This document shows positions 54,216 through 64,000 of a stretch of DNA of 64,000 nt, piece by piece. The position numbers and the translations under genes are program-made. The notes beneath the pieces were generated by a model. That model was not told the origin of the DNA and did not search any database. It saw only the letters and a program-made list of their open reading frames with translations. Origin of the DNA: a virus; the IMG/VR virus record IMGVR_UViG_3300027996_000026, positions 2,116 to 66,115 of that record. One strand, given 5' to 3'. How positions within the stretch are numbered: position 1 is the stretch's first letter; the number at the start of each line of letters is the position of its first letter.

Positions 54216-54336
54216 TTTATTTTTTTTATGTCTATACTTTACCTGGTGATTAGTAGATAAAATGGAAAGGGGTACTCCTATACTATACTACTACTTGGGA
54301 CATATATACCCCCCCTTCGACAGCAGCAGCATCAGC

Positions 54337-54756
54337 TTTTTATTTGTTTGTTTTTTAGTTTTGTTTTTATTTTGTTTTTTTATTTTATTTTTTTAATGTG
54401 TTGTGTGTATTTGTTTGTTTGTATTAGGCGAGGGTTGGCTTTGGGATAGGGTTTGTTGTTGTGTTGTTGTGTGTGTGTTGTTGTTGTTTGTTGTTGTTGT
54501 TGATTGTTTGTTGTATGTATGTATAGTAGTGTTTGTGGTTGTGGTTTTGTGGTTGTTGTTTTGTGGTTGTGGTATTGTAGTGTTGGCTTGGTAGTGGGAA
54601 GGAGAGGTTATAGTTGAGGAGTAGTTTTATATGTTATGGTGTTTTTGTTTGTGTGGTTTTTTGTTTTTTGTTTTTTGTTTTTTTTGTTTTTTTATTTATT
54701 AGTATTATATGTATATATAGTTATTATATATATATATTATAATATTTTTATATATT
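54337..54756. other. G/T-rich tract with only 3 C in 420 nt
   Basis: Counted directly: C at 54429, 54439 and 54587. Confidence 0.9.
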
Positions 54757-54800
54757 CTAATATATATAGTATAATTATATATAATAGTAATTAGGGCGAA

Positions 54801-54884
54801 AATAAAGAGCTATTTTCTGAGTGGGAGATTAATAACAAAGGATTGTTATTATGGTATCTCTCATCAGATGACTAGCTCTTTATT
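54801..54884. other. 84-nt rod-like hairpin
   Basis: aataaagagcta/tagctctttatt, tctga/tcaga, gagat/atctc, taataacaa/ttgttatta. Confidence 0.85.
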
Positions 54885-55461
54885 GTTCTTGTTTTTTGAT
54901 GGTTTTAGTTTTGATTAAATCTATACTTATAGTATATGGATTTAATAGGAGAAAGCAAACTTTAGTTTGACTTTCTTTTGCGACTCGATTCTGGTTAAGC
55001 ATAGAACTTATTCTAGTTCATTAGTTTTAGTATTGCAATTAGTAGGATTTTTGTCGGATAGATTTCTGGGAGGTTATTACTGGAGCATAGCTCTTACCTT
55101 AATTAATGTGTTTCTTTTTCTGGACTCTTCTAGTTATGTTTCGTAGGTGCTACATTCAGTAGAGGATGGCGTTGTATGACACTAGGTCTCGTGTGGTTAG
55201 CTTTAGCTTTATTAGGCTTAGGGCTGGCTTTGGGATCTTGTAGAATAATCTACAAGTAATTAATAGCTATTTGTGTATAAGCTATAATTGATATGAATCA
55301 CCATAGTAATAGTGATGCTATATTGTTTATTCTAAATAGTTTCATAATGTAATTTTAATAATAAATATAATTGAACATATATATAATGTACAACTCGCTG
55401 AGCTGTATCTGATATATACATATGTTCAAAGAAATATTTTATATAATGTATCTTAGTACAC

Positions 55462-55785
55462 TTATTTATTTTCTTGAGCTTCTTTATATTTCTCTCAAGT
55501 ATATATTCCTGTATCAGATAATTCTTCATCTGATAATGTATCTATATCCCACGTATCTGTGGGATTAAGTAATTCTCATTTAGCCATTCTGGCTGCTTTC
55601 TCTTTAGAGATAAATGGTTCTTCTCAAATAACTTTTATATCAAAGAATTGTTTTACGTAATCATACTTACTCTTAATATATAATAAGTGTGATACTGATT
55701 CTCTATTCATATGATTGTCTATATCTATTCATCTATGTGAATATTCTATAATCTCATATGGTATTCTTATTGGTAGTTTAGACAT
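55462..55785 (-). CDS. Hypothetical protein (107 aa)
   Basis: Open ORF under table 25. Confidence 0.55.
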
Positions 55786-55964
55786 AATAATTTAATTAAT
55801 AATAAAATAGTTCAGAAGAATATTTTATATTGTGCATTTAAATGCGTTATAAGAGATTTAAATAGTAATGACTAATGTCTTATCCTATTATTATCTTCCG
55901 ATTAAAATAGAGTTAGCTATCTATGATAGATAACGAATTAGGCGAGGGCTGGCTTTGGGATATT

Positions 55965-56127
55965 GTAATCTAATCAAATTAATTTAATTAGTTTTGAAAT
56001 AGGATATACAATATAGTGACCTTGTTGTAACTACATTAAGTAATTACATTTCAACTTGTAGTTGGTAACGGGCAGTCACGATTGTATATACTATGATAAA
56101 CTAATTAAATTAATTTGATTAGATTAC
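55965..56127. other. 163-nt rod-like hairpin with a perfect 30-bp outer stem
   Basis: 55965-55994 is the exact reverse complement of 56098-56127, with nested inner stems. Confidence 0.9.
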
Positions 56128-56190
56128 TTGTTTGTACAGGCAGACTAGTACACCTAACAGGATATCAAGTATCAGTTAGATGCAGTAAGT

Positions 56191-56230
56191 AAAAAAAAAG
56201 AGTAAGACATTATAGTCTTACACTTTTTTT
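56191..56230. terminator. Intrinsic terminator
   Basis: A-run, gtaagac-attata-gtcttac, T-run. Confidence 0.65.
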
Positions 56231-56407
56231 ATTCTATTACTCAACTGTTTGTTTTGATAGCTTTAGCTATCTTGCTTTGTGATATACTTCTGTACTCACT
56301 TCAAGCTGAAGCATCATATGCTTTAGTAACTCTTTTTAATTTATGCATTGTAATCTTATTACTAATATAAAATAATAAAAGCTTAGAATTTAATCTAAGC
56401 TTTTATA

Positions 56408-56788
56408 TTATATAGAGTCTATGTCTTCTTTAGATGACACTCTTCTATCTGCTAACAGCTCTTTAAATCTATTTGATTTTACATAATCAGTTTCATAGAT
56501 TTTCTTATTAGTAACTTCATCAACTTCATCAGTTGGTGTAGATACTCTACAAGATAACTCGTTAGTCTCTGGGAAGATAGCTAATTTAAGTGAACTATCA
56601 TCTAGAACATAACCTCTTATATTAATATAAGTAGTTGCTGGTTGAGTTTTAACTTCACCTTCAGCATCAGTAATTTCTTTAGAAGCATTTCTTGAAATGT
56701 CTTCTAAGAATATATCTTGTTCAGTTAAACCGAACTTAGATAATACTTTAGTTTCTAAAGTATTCAATTTAATAGTACTCATAATCAT
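56408..56788 (-). CDS. Hypothetical protein (126 aa, no TGA codons)
   Basis: Track ORF ending in TAA. Confidence 0.7.
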   Translation of the reverse strand: MIMSTIKLNTLETKVLSKFGLTEQDIFLEDISRNASKEITDAEGEVKTQPATTYINIRGYVLDDSSLKLAIFPETNELSCRVSTPTDEVDEVTNKKIYETDYVKSNRFKELLADRRVSSKEDIDSI

Positions 56789-56933
56789 ATAGATTAAGAA
56801 ATAAAAATAAGGAAGGATATTACTCTTCCATAAGAATATTTTATATTATGTATTTCAAGTACACAATTAATTTCAAGTACACAAGTCTCTGGATATTATT
56901 TATTATACCTCTTATAGATCTTTGTAGACTGTA

Positions 56934-57233
56934 TTATCTTTTATATGGTTTCTTAATTACATGATCATGATACTCATATCATCTATGTATTTCTAATATA
57001 TGTTTAACATCTCTTACAAAGTCTCATTGTAATGCTGGTAAGTCTTCTTCTAATATATGAAGAAGCTTATCAACAGTAGACTTAGTTTTAAATACAGTAT
57101 GCTTTGCTCTGTGATAAGTAATAAGAATCCTTTGTATATTATCTGGATGATTAGTTCATCAGATATCTTTTGCTACTATATGATCATTGTTATATTTATT
57201 ATTATAATCTGATGTCCTATTTCTTCTCTTCAT
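56934..57233 (-). CDS. Small HNH-like protein
   Basis: NDHIVAKDIGGTNHPDNIQRILITYHRAKH. Confidence 0.65.
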
Positions 57234-57234
57234 A

Positions 57235-57441
57235 TTATTTTAATAATTCATTAAAATAATAATCGAACTCTGCATCTGTTTCTCATTCATCTTCTAATAA
57301 GAATATTAATTCTTCGAAGTTTATTTCTCATGCTATGAAGAAATCAAATAGATCTTCATCTGTTAATATCGTTGCATTTGTTCATGCATATGATAATAGA
57401 AATATTGTTATTGCTATTATTATTTTACTTATTTGTTTCAT
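57235..57441 (-). CDS. Small secreted or membrane protein
   Basis: Signal-peptide-like N-terminus and acidic body. Confidence 0.5.
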
Positions 57442-57632
57442 TTTATTTATTAGTTATTTGTTTAGTAAATATTAATCCGTAGAATTATAATTTAATGTAA
57501 TAAAACTTTCTTTACTATTTGTTTGTATTCATTCAATATTAGATATTTGGTTATCACTTTCATCTCTAATATTAATATCTTTATCCCAATCATATTTAGA
57601 TAGTTGTTCTATCAATTCTTTTACTAACATAT

Positions 57633-57848
57633 TTATTTAATTAATTTTAAAATATTATCAATGAATTGTTCTCTTTCACTTCCTATCTCGCAAGCCATAT
57701 AGTCATCATATTCTTGCATAGTTAAATTCACACTCACGAACTTTCTTATCTCTGCTATCTTTAAATGAACTGGATGTTCAGCTTCATTAAATTCTTGTGT
57801 ATCATGATTCACATCTATGATCATTTGTACTGCTGTTTGTTTTGGCAT
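57633..57848 (-). CDS. Hypothetical protein
   Basis: Track ORF in the coding orientation. Confidence 0.55.
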   Translation of the reverse strand: MPKQTAVQMIIDVNHDTQEFNEAEHPVHLKIAEIRKFVSVNLTMQEYDDYMACEIGSEREQFIDNILKLIK

Positions 57849-58023
57849 AGTATTATAATTAGATAATATAATCTTAAGTAGATGTTACAGTTGCTGATAA
57901 TTGTTTACAATCATCTGATAATTTTTCATATATCATTTGTGTTATATCTCAATTTTATTTTATTTCTTTGCTTTATTCAAGTCAGAATAATCAGCAACTA
58001 AAACATCTCCATAAGGAAATGTT

Positions 58024-58056
58024 AATGGCTTAGCCAGTCCAATAAACTAAGCCATT
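58024..58056. terminator. Hairpin, possible terminator
   Basis: aatggcttag/ctaagccatt 10-bp stem just after a gene end. Confidence 0.5.
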
Positions 58057-58062
58057 GTTGTT

Positions 58063-59553
58063 TTAATTTTTATTAAAGAATTGTTCTACATCAAATGAAT
58101 TGTTACTGTCCTCTATTTCTCATAGTTCGTTTACAGTATTTTCTGTATATGAATTAAGAAATTCTTTTACTTCTTTAAATTGTGATATACATTCTTTAAT
58201 ATCTTTTGAATCTTTATATTCAAATGCTCTATTAATTCTAGTATATAATCAATTTAGTTTAGATCTTTTATCATCTGTATCACTAGATGCTTTTTCTAAT
58301 ATATCTAAAAGTTCTTTCATTTCTGAATTTACTTTAGTTAATTCTTTTGTATTCTTTGCATTAGCAAAGTATTCTTCATTAGCTATATTGTCAGCTGCAT
58401 TTTCTATATTTGACATAGTGTTATTTGTATTAGGTTTTAAAAATATTTCTTTTCCATTTGGTAGATCATCCATTATATAATATGTATAATCTATCATTCA
58501 TGTATCGTTAATATATATTGATGTACTGTCTGGTAATTCTATATCCCAGTCTTCCCATGCTTGAAATAATTTATATCATTTATCTTTAAAGTATTCGATA
58601 GCTTGTTTGTATTCTTCAATATGAGATACATCTATATATTCATTACATCATTTAGATCATAATGCATAATCTGATATTCATCCAAGTGATGATCATCATG
58701 ATATATTATCTATTAGCTTTAATGATTCTGCTTGTACTCATGATCATATTCATTTGTGTCTTCTATACCATGTAGGAAAGCTACCACATTTATATACTTC
58801 TTGTATGATAAATTTATTTCATATATCTAATCAAGATTTATTATTTTCATTAGATACTATTTCTACTGTGTCACCAACTTTAAATTCTTTTGTTGGTTCT
58901 GGTATTCATTTTACATCTACTCTTTTTATTACTTGTAGTTGATATTTATATCTCCATAGTATACAATCTATATCTATTCTATAACTATCGTCTGATTTAT
59001 TATGTACTAATATTTCTCATTCCATATTACTATATGGTGAATCATCTATTATTCTTACTATATCTCATACTCTTAATTGTGTATTAACTTTATTTCCTTC
59101 TGGCAATAATATATTACTTACATCTATAATTGTTTCATAAGATTTAAATGAGTCTCTATATAATCTTTCATCTTCAGCAAAATGTATTGTAACATTTTTA
59201 TTTTTTTTATAAAAGTTTTCATATGTAGGTGAACCTCACATAAATTTATATGATGTCTGTTCTTCTATCCATTGCATTATATTATCATAATGTTCTTGTG
59301 ATTGAAATCATTTATAACATATTCAAGGATGAGTAGGTAAGATAGGTTCTTCTATATCTTCTACTAATCATTCTATCATCCATTCAGATAATAGATATAC
59401 TTCTCATATTCTATAATTTCAATTTGAATGTTGTCATAATATCTTATATGTGTTATCTGCTAACATTTCATTTCTACTATCGTTTGATGAAGGTCATGCA
59501 GTTAATTGTAATAATCATTTAACTTTAACTTTATCTCATATTTTATATTTCAT
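58063..59553 (-). CDS. Hypothetical multidomain protein with repeated (Y/F)K(I/V)GDxV modules (496 aa)
   Basis: Frame scanned open under table 25. Includes track ORF 58249..58497. Confidence 0.7.
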
Positions 59554-59562
59554 TTTAAATTA

Positions 59563-59802
59563 TTATTCAGATAAAATTCTTTCGATATCTTCAGAAGTTA
59601 ATTCAAATATATCTGATGATTCAACTTTACCTTGCCAACTAAATAGTACTGTATCATCTGGTTGAGCTTCTTGTAATAGCTCTAACTTTTCTCATGGCTG
59701 TGTAGCGAATCACATCTTACCTTCATTCAATAACATTAATGTATTGAAATCTTTTAATATTATTTCTCTCTTAACATGTTTTCCATTTCTAAAATTTTTC
59801 AT
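59563..59802 (-). CDS. Hypothetical protein
   Basis: Open ORF of 79 aa. Confidence 0.5.
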
Positions 59803-59870
59803 ATTGTATTATTAATAATAAGTATTAGAGCTATTATAATAACTCTAATACAAAATGCAAACTTAGTATA

Positions 59871-60176
59871 TTAGATTAAATCTAATACTTCTTGTGTTAC
59901 TTTATATACTGGATAATTTACAAATCATGATTGAGTATCTCTTACATGATCTGTTATAAATCCTTGTGCTTTTAATTGTGTAATCACTTCTCATATATAA
60001 CTCATATTGTTTATATCTATTACTACCTCATCACTAGCTATCCTTTCATCATATAGATTAACTGTGATAGTAGCTATAGGTTCTCCACTCTTTGTGTTCC
60101 AACTGAATGCAGTTCTTCAATTATTATATTGAAGCATTGTTACTGGTCCTTCATATGATCATAGTTTAAAATTCAT
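59871..60176 (-). CDS. DUF4313-like protein
   Basis: YNNGRTA..GEPIATITVNL..VIDINN..SGFVNYPVY. Confidence 0.7.
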
Positions 60177-60196
60177 AATCTTATTCTTATTATATA

Positions 60197-60436
60197 TTAT
60201 ATTTTTCTAGATTTAATTTCCTCACATATTCATTCATAGTCTAGTATATCTAAGACTTGCTGTCAATATACTATATCTACATCATATGTATCTGGATCAT
60301 TTAATACTCAATAAGCTTGTTGGATTCATTCTTTAGCTCTTCTCTCTATATATTTCTTTATGTTTAATATATGAGAGTCAGTTAATTCTTTATATGGTAT
60401 TCGTGTTCCATCTATTGTTACCCATATATCTTGCAT
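60197..60436 (-). CDS. Hypothetical phage protein
   Basis: WVTIDGTRIPYKELTDSHILNI. Confidence 0.6.
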
Positions 60437-60440
60437 AGTA

Positions 60441-60935
60441 TTATATATTATAGAAATATAATTCTGTTTCTCTTCTTGATTTTAATCAAGGATACTCAGC
60501 GTTCCATCACCATACACTCATGATATATGTTATATCTTTATGAGAACATCTCTTTATGTATGATCTTAAATTCATCTGATATCATCATGTATTATACATA
60601 TATGAAACGAGAGCTATCTTTTGGTTATCATTGTAACAAGAGTTATCTACAACTTCATAGAGAGGATTTAAATGAGAAGCAAATTGTTTATCTGCTTCTT
60701 CTTTATTTATCTTATCTCATATTGTTTTACATGCTGTTCAATGTCACCAACTGTTTTGCTTGTTATCAAACTTACATGTATCTGTATATCATTCTCATGT
60801 GAATGATCCATATCAATTCTGAATAAAATCTATTGATCTTTCTTTCCAGTCACCAATTGATAATGGCTCTTCTAATAATAGAGGTGAGTCTTTAACCTCT
60901 ATTATTTTTTTGTTCTGAACTGTTCAAGGTTTTCT
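60441..60935 (-). CDS. GH24-like lysozyme domain lacking its own start codon
   Basis: GEGYTD..WGHGT..INKEEA..NQKIALVSYMYNTG..GLKSRRETE. Confidence 0.75.
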
Positions 60936-61312
60936 TTATCTAAACAATATTCTATATTGTATTCTAATCAATTAACCTTTCTATCCATTTGAGATCCATA
61001 ACATTCTCTGCTTAATATCTCATGTTCATATCTTACTTCCTCTTCTTTGATTAATTGTTTCCAATCATCTATATTATCTAGATATCATTCAGCATAATAA
61101 TTAGCTTCACTATATAAAAACTCTAACATTTCTATATCAGATTTTTCTAGTACTTTCTCTTCTAAACTATTAATAGTTTCTTGAGACTCTTGTTCTACTA
61201 AAGCTACCTTAGCTTTATATGTTCTGTTCATACTTCAAATAACAATTGTTAGTACTAATATAATTACTACTAATAATGCCATTGATATGTATCTAATCTT
61301 TATTGTATTCAT
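60902..61312 (-). CDS. Transmembrane plus coiled-coil protein, frameshift partner of the lysozyme
   Basis: ISMALLVVIILVLTIVIG followed by a charged helix. Ends ACA AAA AAA TAA. Confidence 0.75.
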
Positions 61313-61422
61313 ATGTATTATATAAATTAATAAATAAAATAATGTAGATAAAAATAAAAAAAACCTACATAAAAATATTTTATGTAGATTTATTTAGACA
61401 GAATAAATTTAAGTACAAGATA

Positions 61423-61914
61423 TTAATAATCATTTATATTATATAATGTACATATTGTATCGTAGTACTCAGTACACTCTTCTTTAAATGTATGTCATCA
61501 CCATGATCATTGCCATTCTATAGACTCATATTTAGTTTCTATATGTAGATCTATATGTGGTCATCATCATGCTAGATTTAAATCTATAATCTTCTGGTCC
61601 TTATATTCTGTATGCACATACTCATCTCTTCAATAGTCTGTGAAGTACTCGTATATAATATCTTGTAGACTGTCTGAATTTTCTTCAGCATATATTTCAT
61701 TTGTCCATTCTCATTTGTCATACATATCTTCTGGATCATCATCATATGATTCTACATAATCTTTATATTGTTTATATTGTTTATCTATTTCTTCTTCAGT
61801 ATCTGTAGAACAATACTTAATTATAAAATCTACTCTAGTTAATTTCTCGTAGTCTGATAACTCTTCTATAAAGTTATCATACATTCTCTCTAATTCTTTT
61901 ACTGTATTATCCAT
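61423..61914 (-). CDS. Hypothetical phage protein (163 aa)
   Basis: Track ORF extended through TGA: LAGGGPHIDL..QGSWGG. Confidence 0.65.
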
Positions 61915-61918
61915 TACT

Positions 61919-62236
61919 TTATTTCTTACGAACTAAATTATAATCTTTTTGTATTCAATTTATATCTTGACTAAATCATAACATCTTATCTGCTAATATT
62001 AATATTACCCATGAAAGAAATGATTCAGTATTTTTAAATGTATCTGTTGCTGATGCACATAATAGTTTCCATTTGTATCAATCTTCAGATGGAGCATATG
62101 AATTACGATCATTGTATTCTATTGTAATCCGATCTGATATTCATTCTTTTCCTTTCTCTATATTGTATCTAATAAGTCACTGCTTTAATGTTAATCAAAA
62201 ATATTTTTCTAATATGTTTGTTAATTCTTTATTCAT
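61919..62236 (-). CDS. Hypothetical protein
   Basis: Open ORF of 105 aa. Confidence 0.5.
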
Positions 62237-62422
62237 AATAATTTATTTACTAATATAAAATTCCTTCTATTATAAATCAAAATGTTTCTTTCTTGATTGT
62301 ACTTCCATTATTAGAAGTTTTAATCTTGCTTCTATTTTCAATAGATCATTCTTCTCTACATGATTACCATGTAATAGTTGATCAAATATTTCTAAGTCTG
62401 TCATTGTTATTTTTATTAATAA

Positions 62423-62770
62423 TTAATTTTCTATTTCTCATAAACATTTTTCACAAATGTAATCTGGTTCATCTCAGATTTTCTTTATGATCTTATCATA
62501 TAGATCATCTTCTGCATCCTCACATACTTGATGATAATGTCAGTCATGTTCTTTCTCTTCATTATAACAATTGCTACACATTCAGATTCAGCATACTTCA
62601 CATTTAAAATGTTGTGATACATATTTTCTTCATTCACAATATGGACAATCTCATTCTGTATCTATAACAATTTCTATGTCACAATTCGATTGCATTGTAT
62701 AATATGGGATTCAATCTAATATACATTGTATCTCATCTTTATCTAATTCTATTCTTATATCTCTACTCAT
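62423..62770 (-). CDS. Cys-rich Zn-finger protein
   Basis: CPYC, CEVC, CSNC, ICEKC. Confidence 0.65.
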
Positions 62771-63593
62771 AGTTTTAATTAGTTAGTAAGTTCTATATCT
62801 ATTGTATCATAATCTATTACTTCTAGTTCTTCAGAACTTCAGTCTAATGTTACTCATGTCTCTTCATCCCATAGTGCTATCACTAATAGTTTCTTTAGTT
62901 CCTTTTCTGATAGTGTACTATCAGCTGTAACTCTTATGTCTATTATATATTTACTCATAATATTTATTTAATATAAAATATTTTCTAACTCTTCTTTCTT
63001 ATCCTTGTAGACTGGATGCTTTTCTAAGAAATCTTCTACTCATAAATCTATTCTAGTATCTAGATAATTATAATAAATCCTTTCTATTATTAAATCAAAT
63101 GCATCTCATTCTATTCATAGATTATTTAATGCTTGTATTATCATATCTTCATAGATATCATTAAATGAATCTATTCATTCTCATGGATAGTTTACATCTA
63201 ATTCATCTACAGTATCTTTTAAGAACTGCCAATCTAATTCTTTAATCATAATTCTTTGTTAAGATTTAAAGTTTGATTAACTATTCAGTTAATCATATCT
63301 AGTTCTTCATCAGAATATTTATACATATCTGATACATATATTCAATCTCAATCTATTTCTAATTCTATGTTCATAAAATCTCTAAATGTTTTTAGATAAA
63401 ACTTCTTTGTTAGTATAGTGAAGTCATCAATATCCATACAGAAATCTGACATCTCATCAAAATTATCTAATGATATATCAACTATATCTCATATGTTATA
63501 TTGATTAAATCATAACTCAATTAGTTTTTTATCAAATCCTGTATTAATTATAATATCTGCTTTTTGATTTCAAATTTCCATTTGTTTATTTTC

Positions 63594-64000
63594 TTATCAA
63601 GTAAAACATAACTCATAGATAAAGTCTACTTTATCTTCTATGAATTGTTTTAGAGTTAATAACTCTGCTCAGTTTATGTTATCACTTCATGATATTTCTT
63701 CTATGAAATTATACATATCTGTCATATCTACACATCATCATCAGTCTAGATCATGTTCATGTTCTTCATCTCAATAATGCTGTATCATTATATCTCCTTC
63801 AGATGAATAGAATATTCATACATAATAATCATCATCTAATTTTATTGATAGATTATCTACTTGTATTATTGGATTGTATTCTCAGTACTGTAATGCGAAC
63901 CATGATAATATCTTTAGATATGTATTCATATAATAAGTTTTATTATCATCTATGTTCGCTTGTACTATTGCTTGCTTCTCTGCTAGATCTGGATCTTCGT
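63594..64000 (-). CDS. Hypothetical acidic protein (5' end outside the window)
   Basis: Open frame from the window edge to a TAA. Confidence 0.5.

Larger units (their letters stand above)
54423..55962. repeat. 26-nt motif, 3 dispersed copies
   Basis: attaggcgagggYtggctttgggat at 54423-54448, 55211-55236 (variant) and 55937-55962. Confidence 0.9.

Noticed and set aside
54403-54594. Cys/Val-rich 63-aa plus-strand ORF
   Set aside because: A product of the G/T low-complexity tract, with no coding signature.
53900-56230. CRISPR array or tRNA cluster in the control region
   Set aside because: The repeats are few and irregularly spaced, with no uniform spacers. No cloverleaf or T-loop (GTTCGA) context was seen.
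1-64000. TGA=Trp (table 4) or mass pseudogenisation
   Set aside because: TGA falls at invariant Gly positions and in Gly runs. Conserved Trp residues use TGG. Frames stay open for thousands of codons.
1-64000. Prophage boundaries, integrase or host genes
   Set aside because: No integrase, att-like junction or housekeeping operon was found. recA and HU are embedded among phage genes.

Overview
The window is a 64-kb, very AT-rich fragment of a podovirus-like tailed phage genome. Nearly all genes are on the minus strand, and TGA is read as glycine (translation table 25). This code is established for Gracilibacteria and Absconditabacteria (SR1), so these are the inferred hosts. The supplied ORF track assumes TGA is a stop, so it consists mostly of gene fragments and antisense shadows. 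Retranslated by hand with TGA=Gly, the window contains, from low to high coordinate: (1) replication and recombination genes (Rad50/SMC-like ATPase, primase-helicase, PD-(D/E)XK nuclease, SSB-like protein, RusA, several HNH-type nucleases, an Acb2/Tad1-like protein); (2) tail and lysis genes; (3) a P22-like head and packaging module; (4) a single ORF of about 4,191 aa carrying both double-psi-beta-barrel motif sets of a single-chain two-barrel RNA polymerase (candidate virion RNAP); (5) two HU genes and recA; (6) a ~2.3-kb, largely non-coding control region with long rod-like hairpins, a 420-nt nearly C-free tract and a 26-nt motif present three times; (7) small early-type genes, including a GH24 lysozyme reachable only by a -1 frameshift. 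All translations, coordinates and family calls were made by eye, without database searches. The two longest ORFs were spot-checked, not fully scanned, for in-frame stops.
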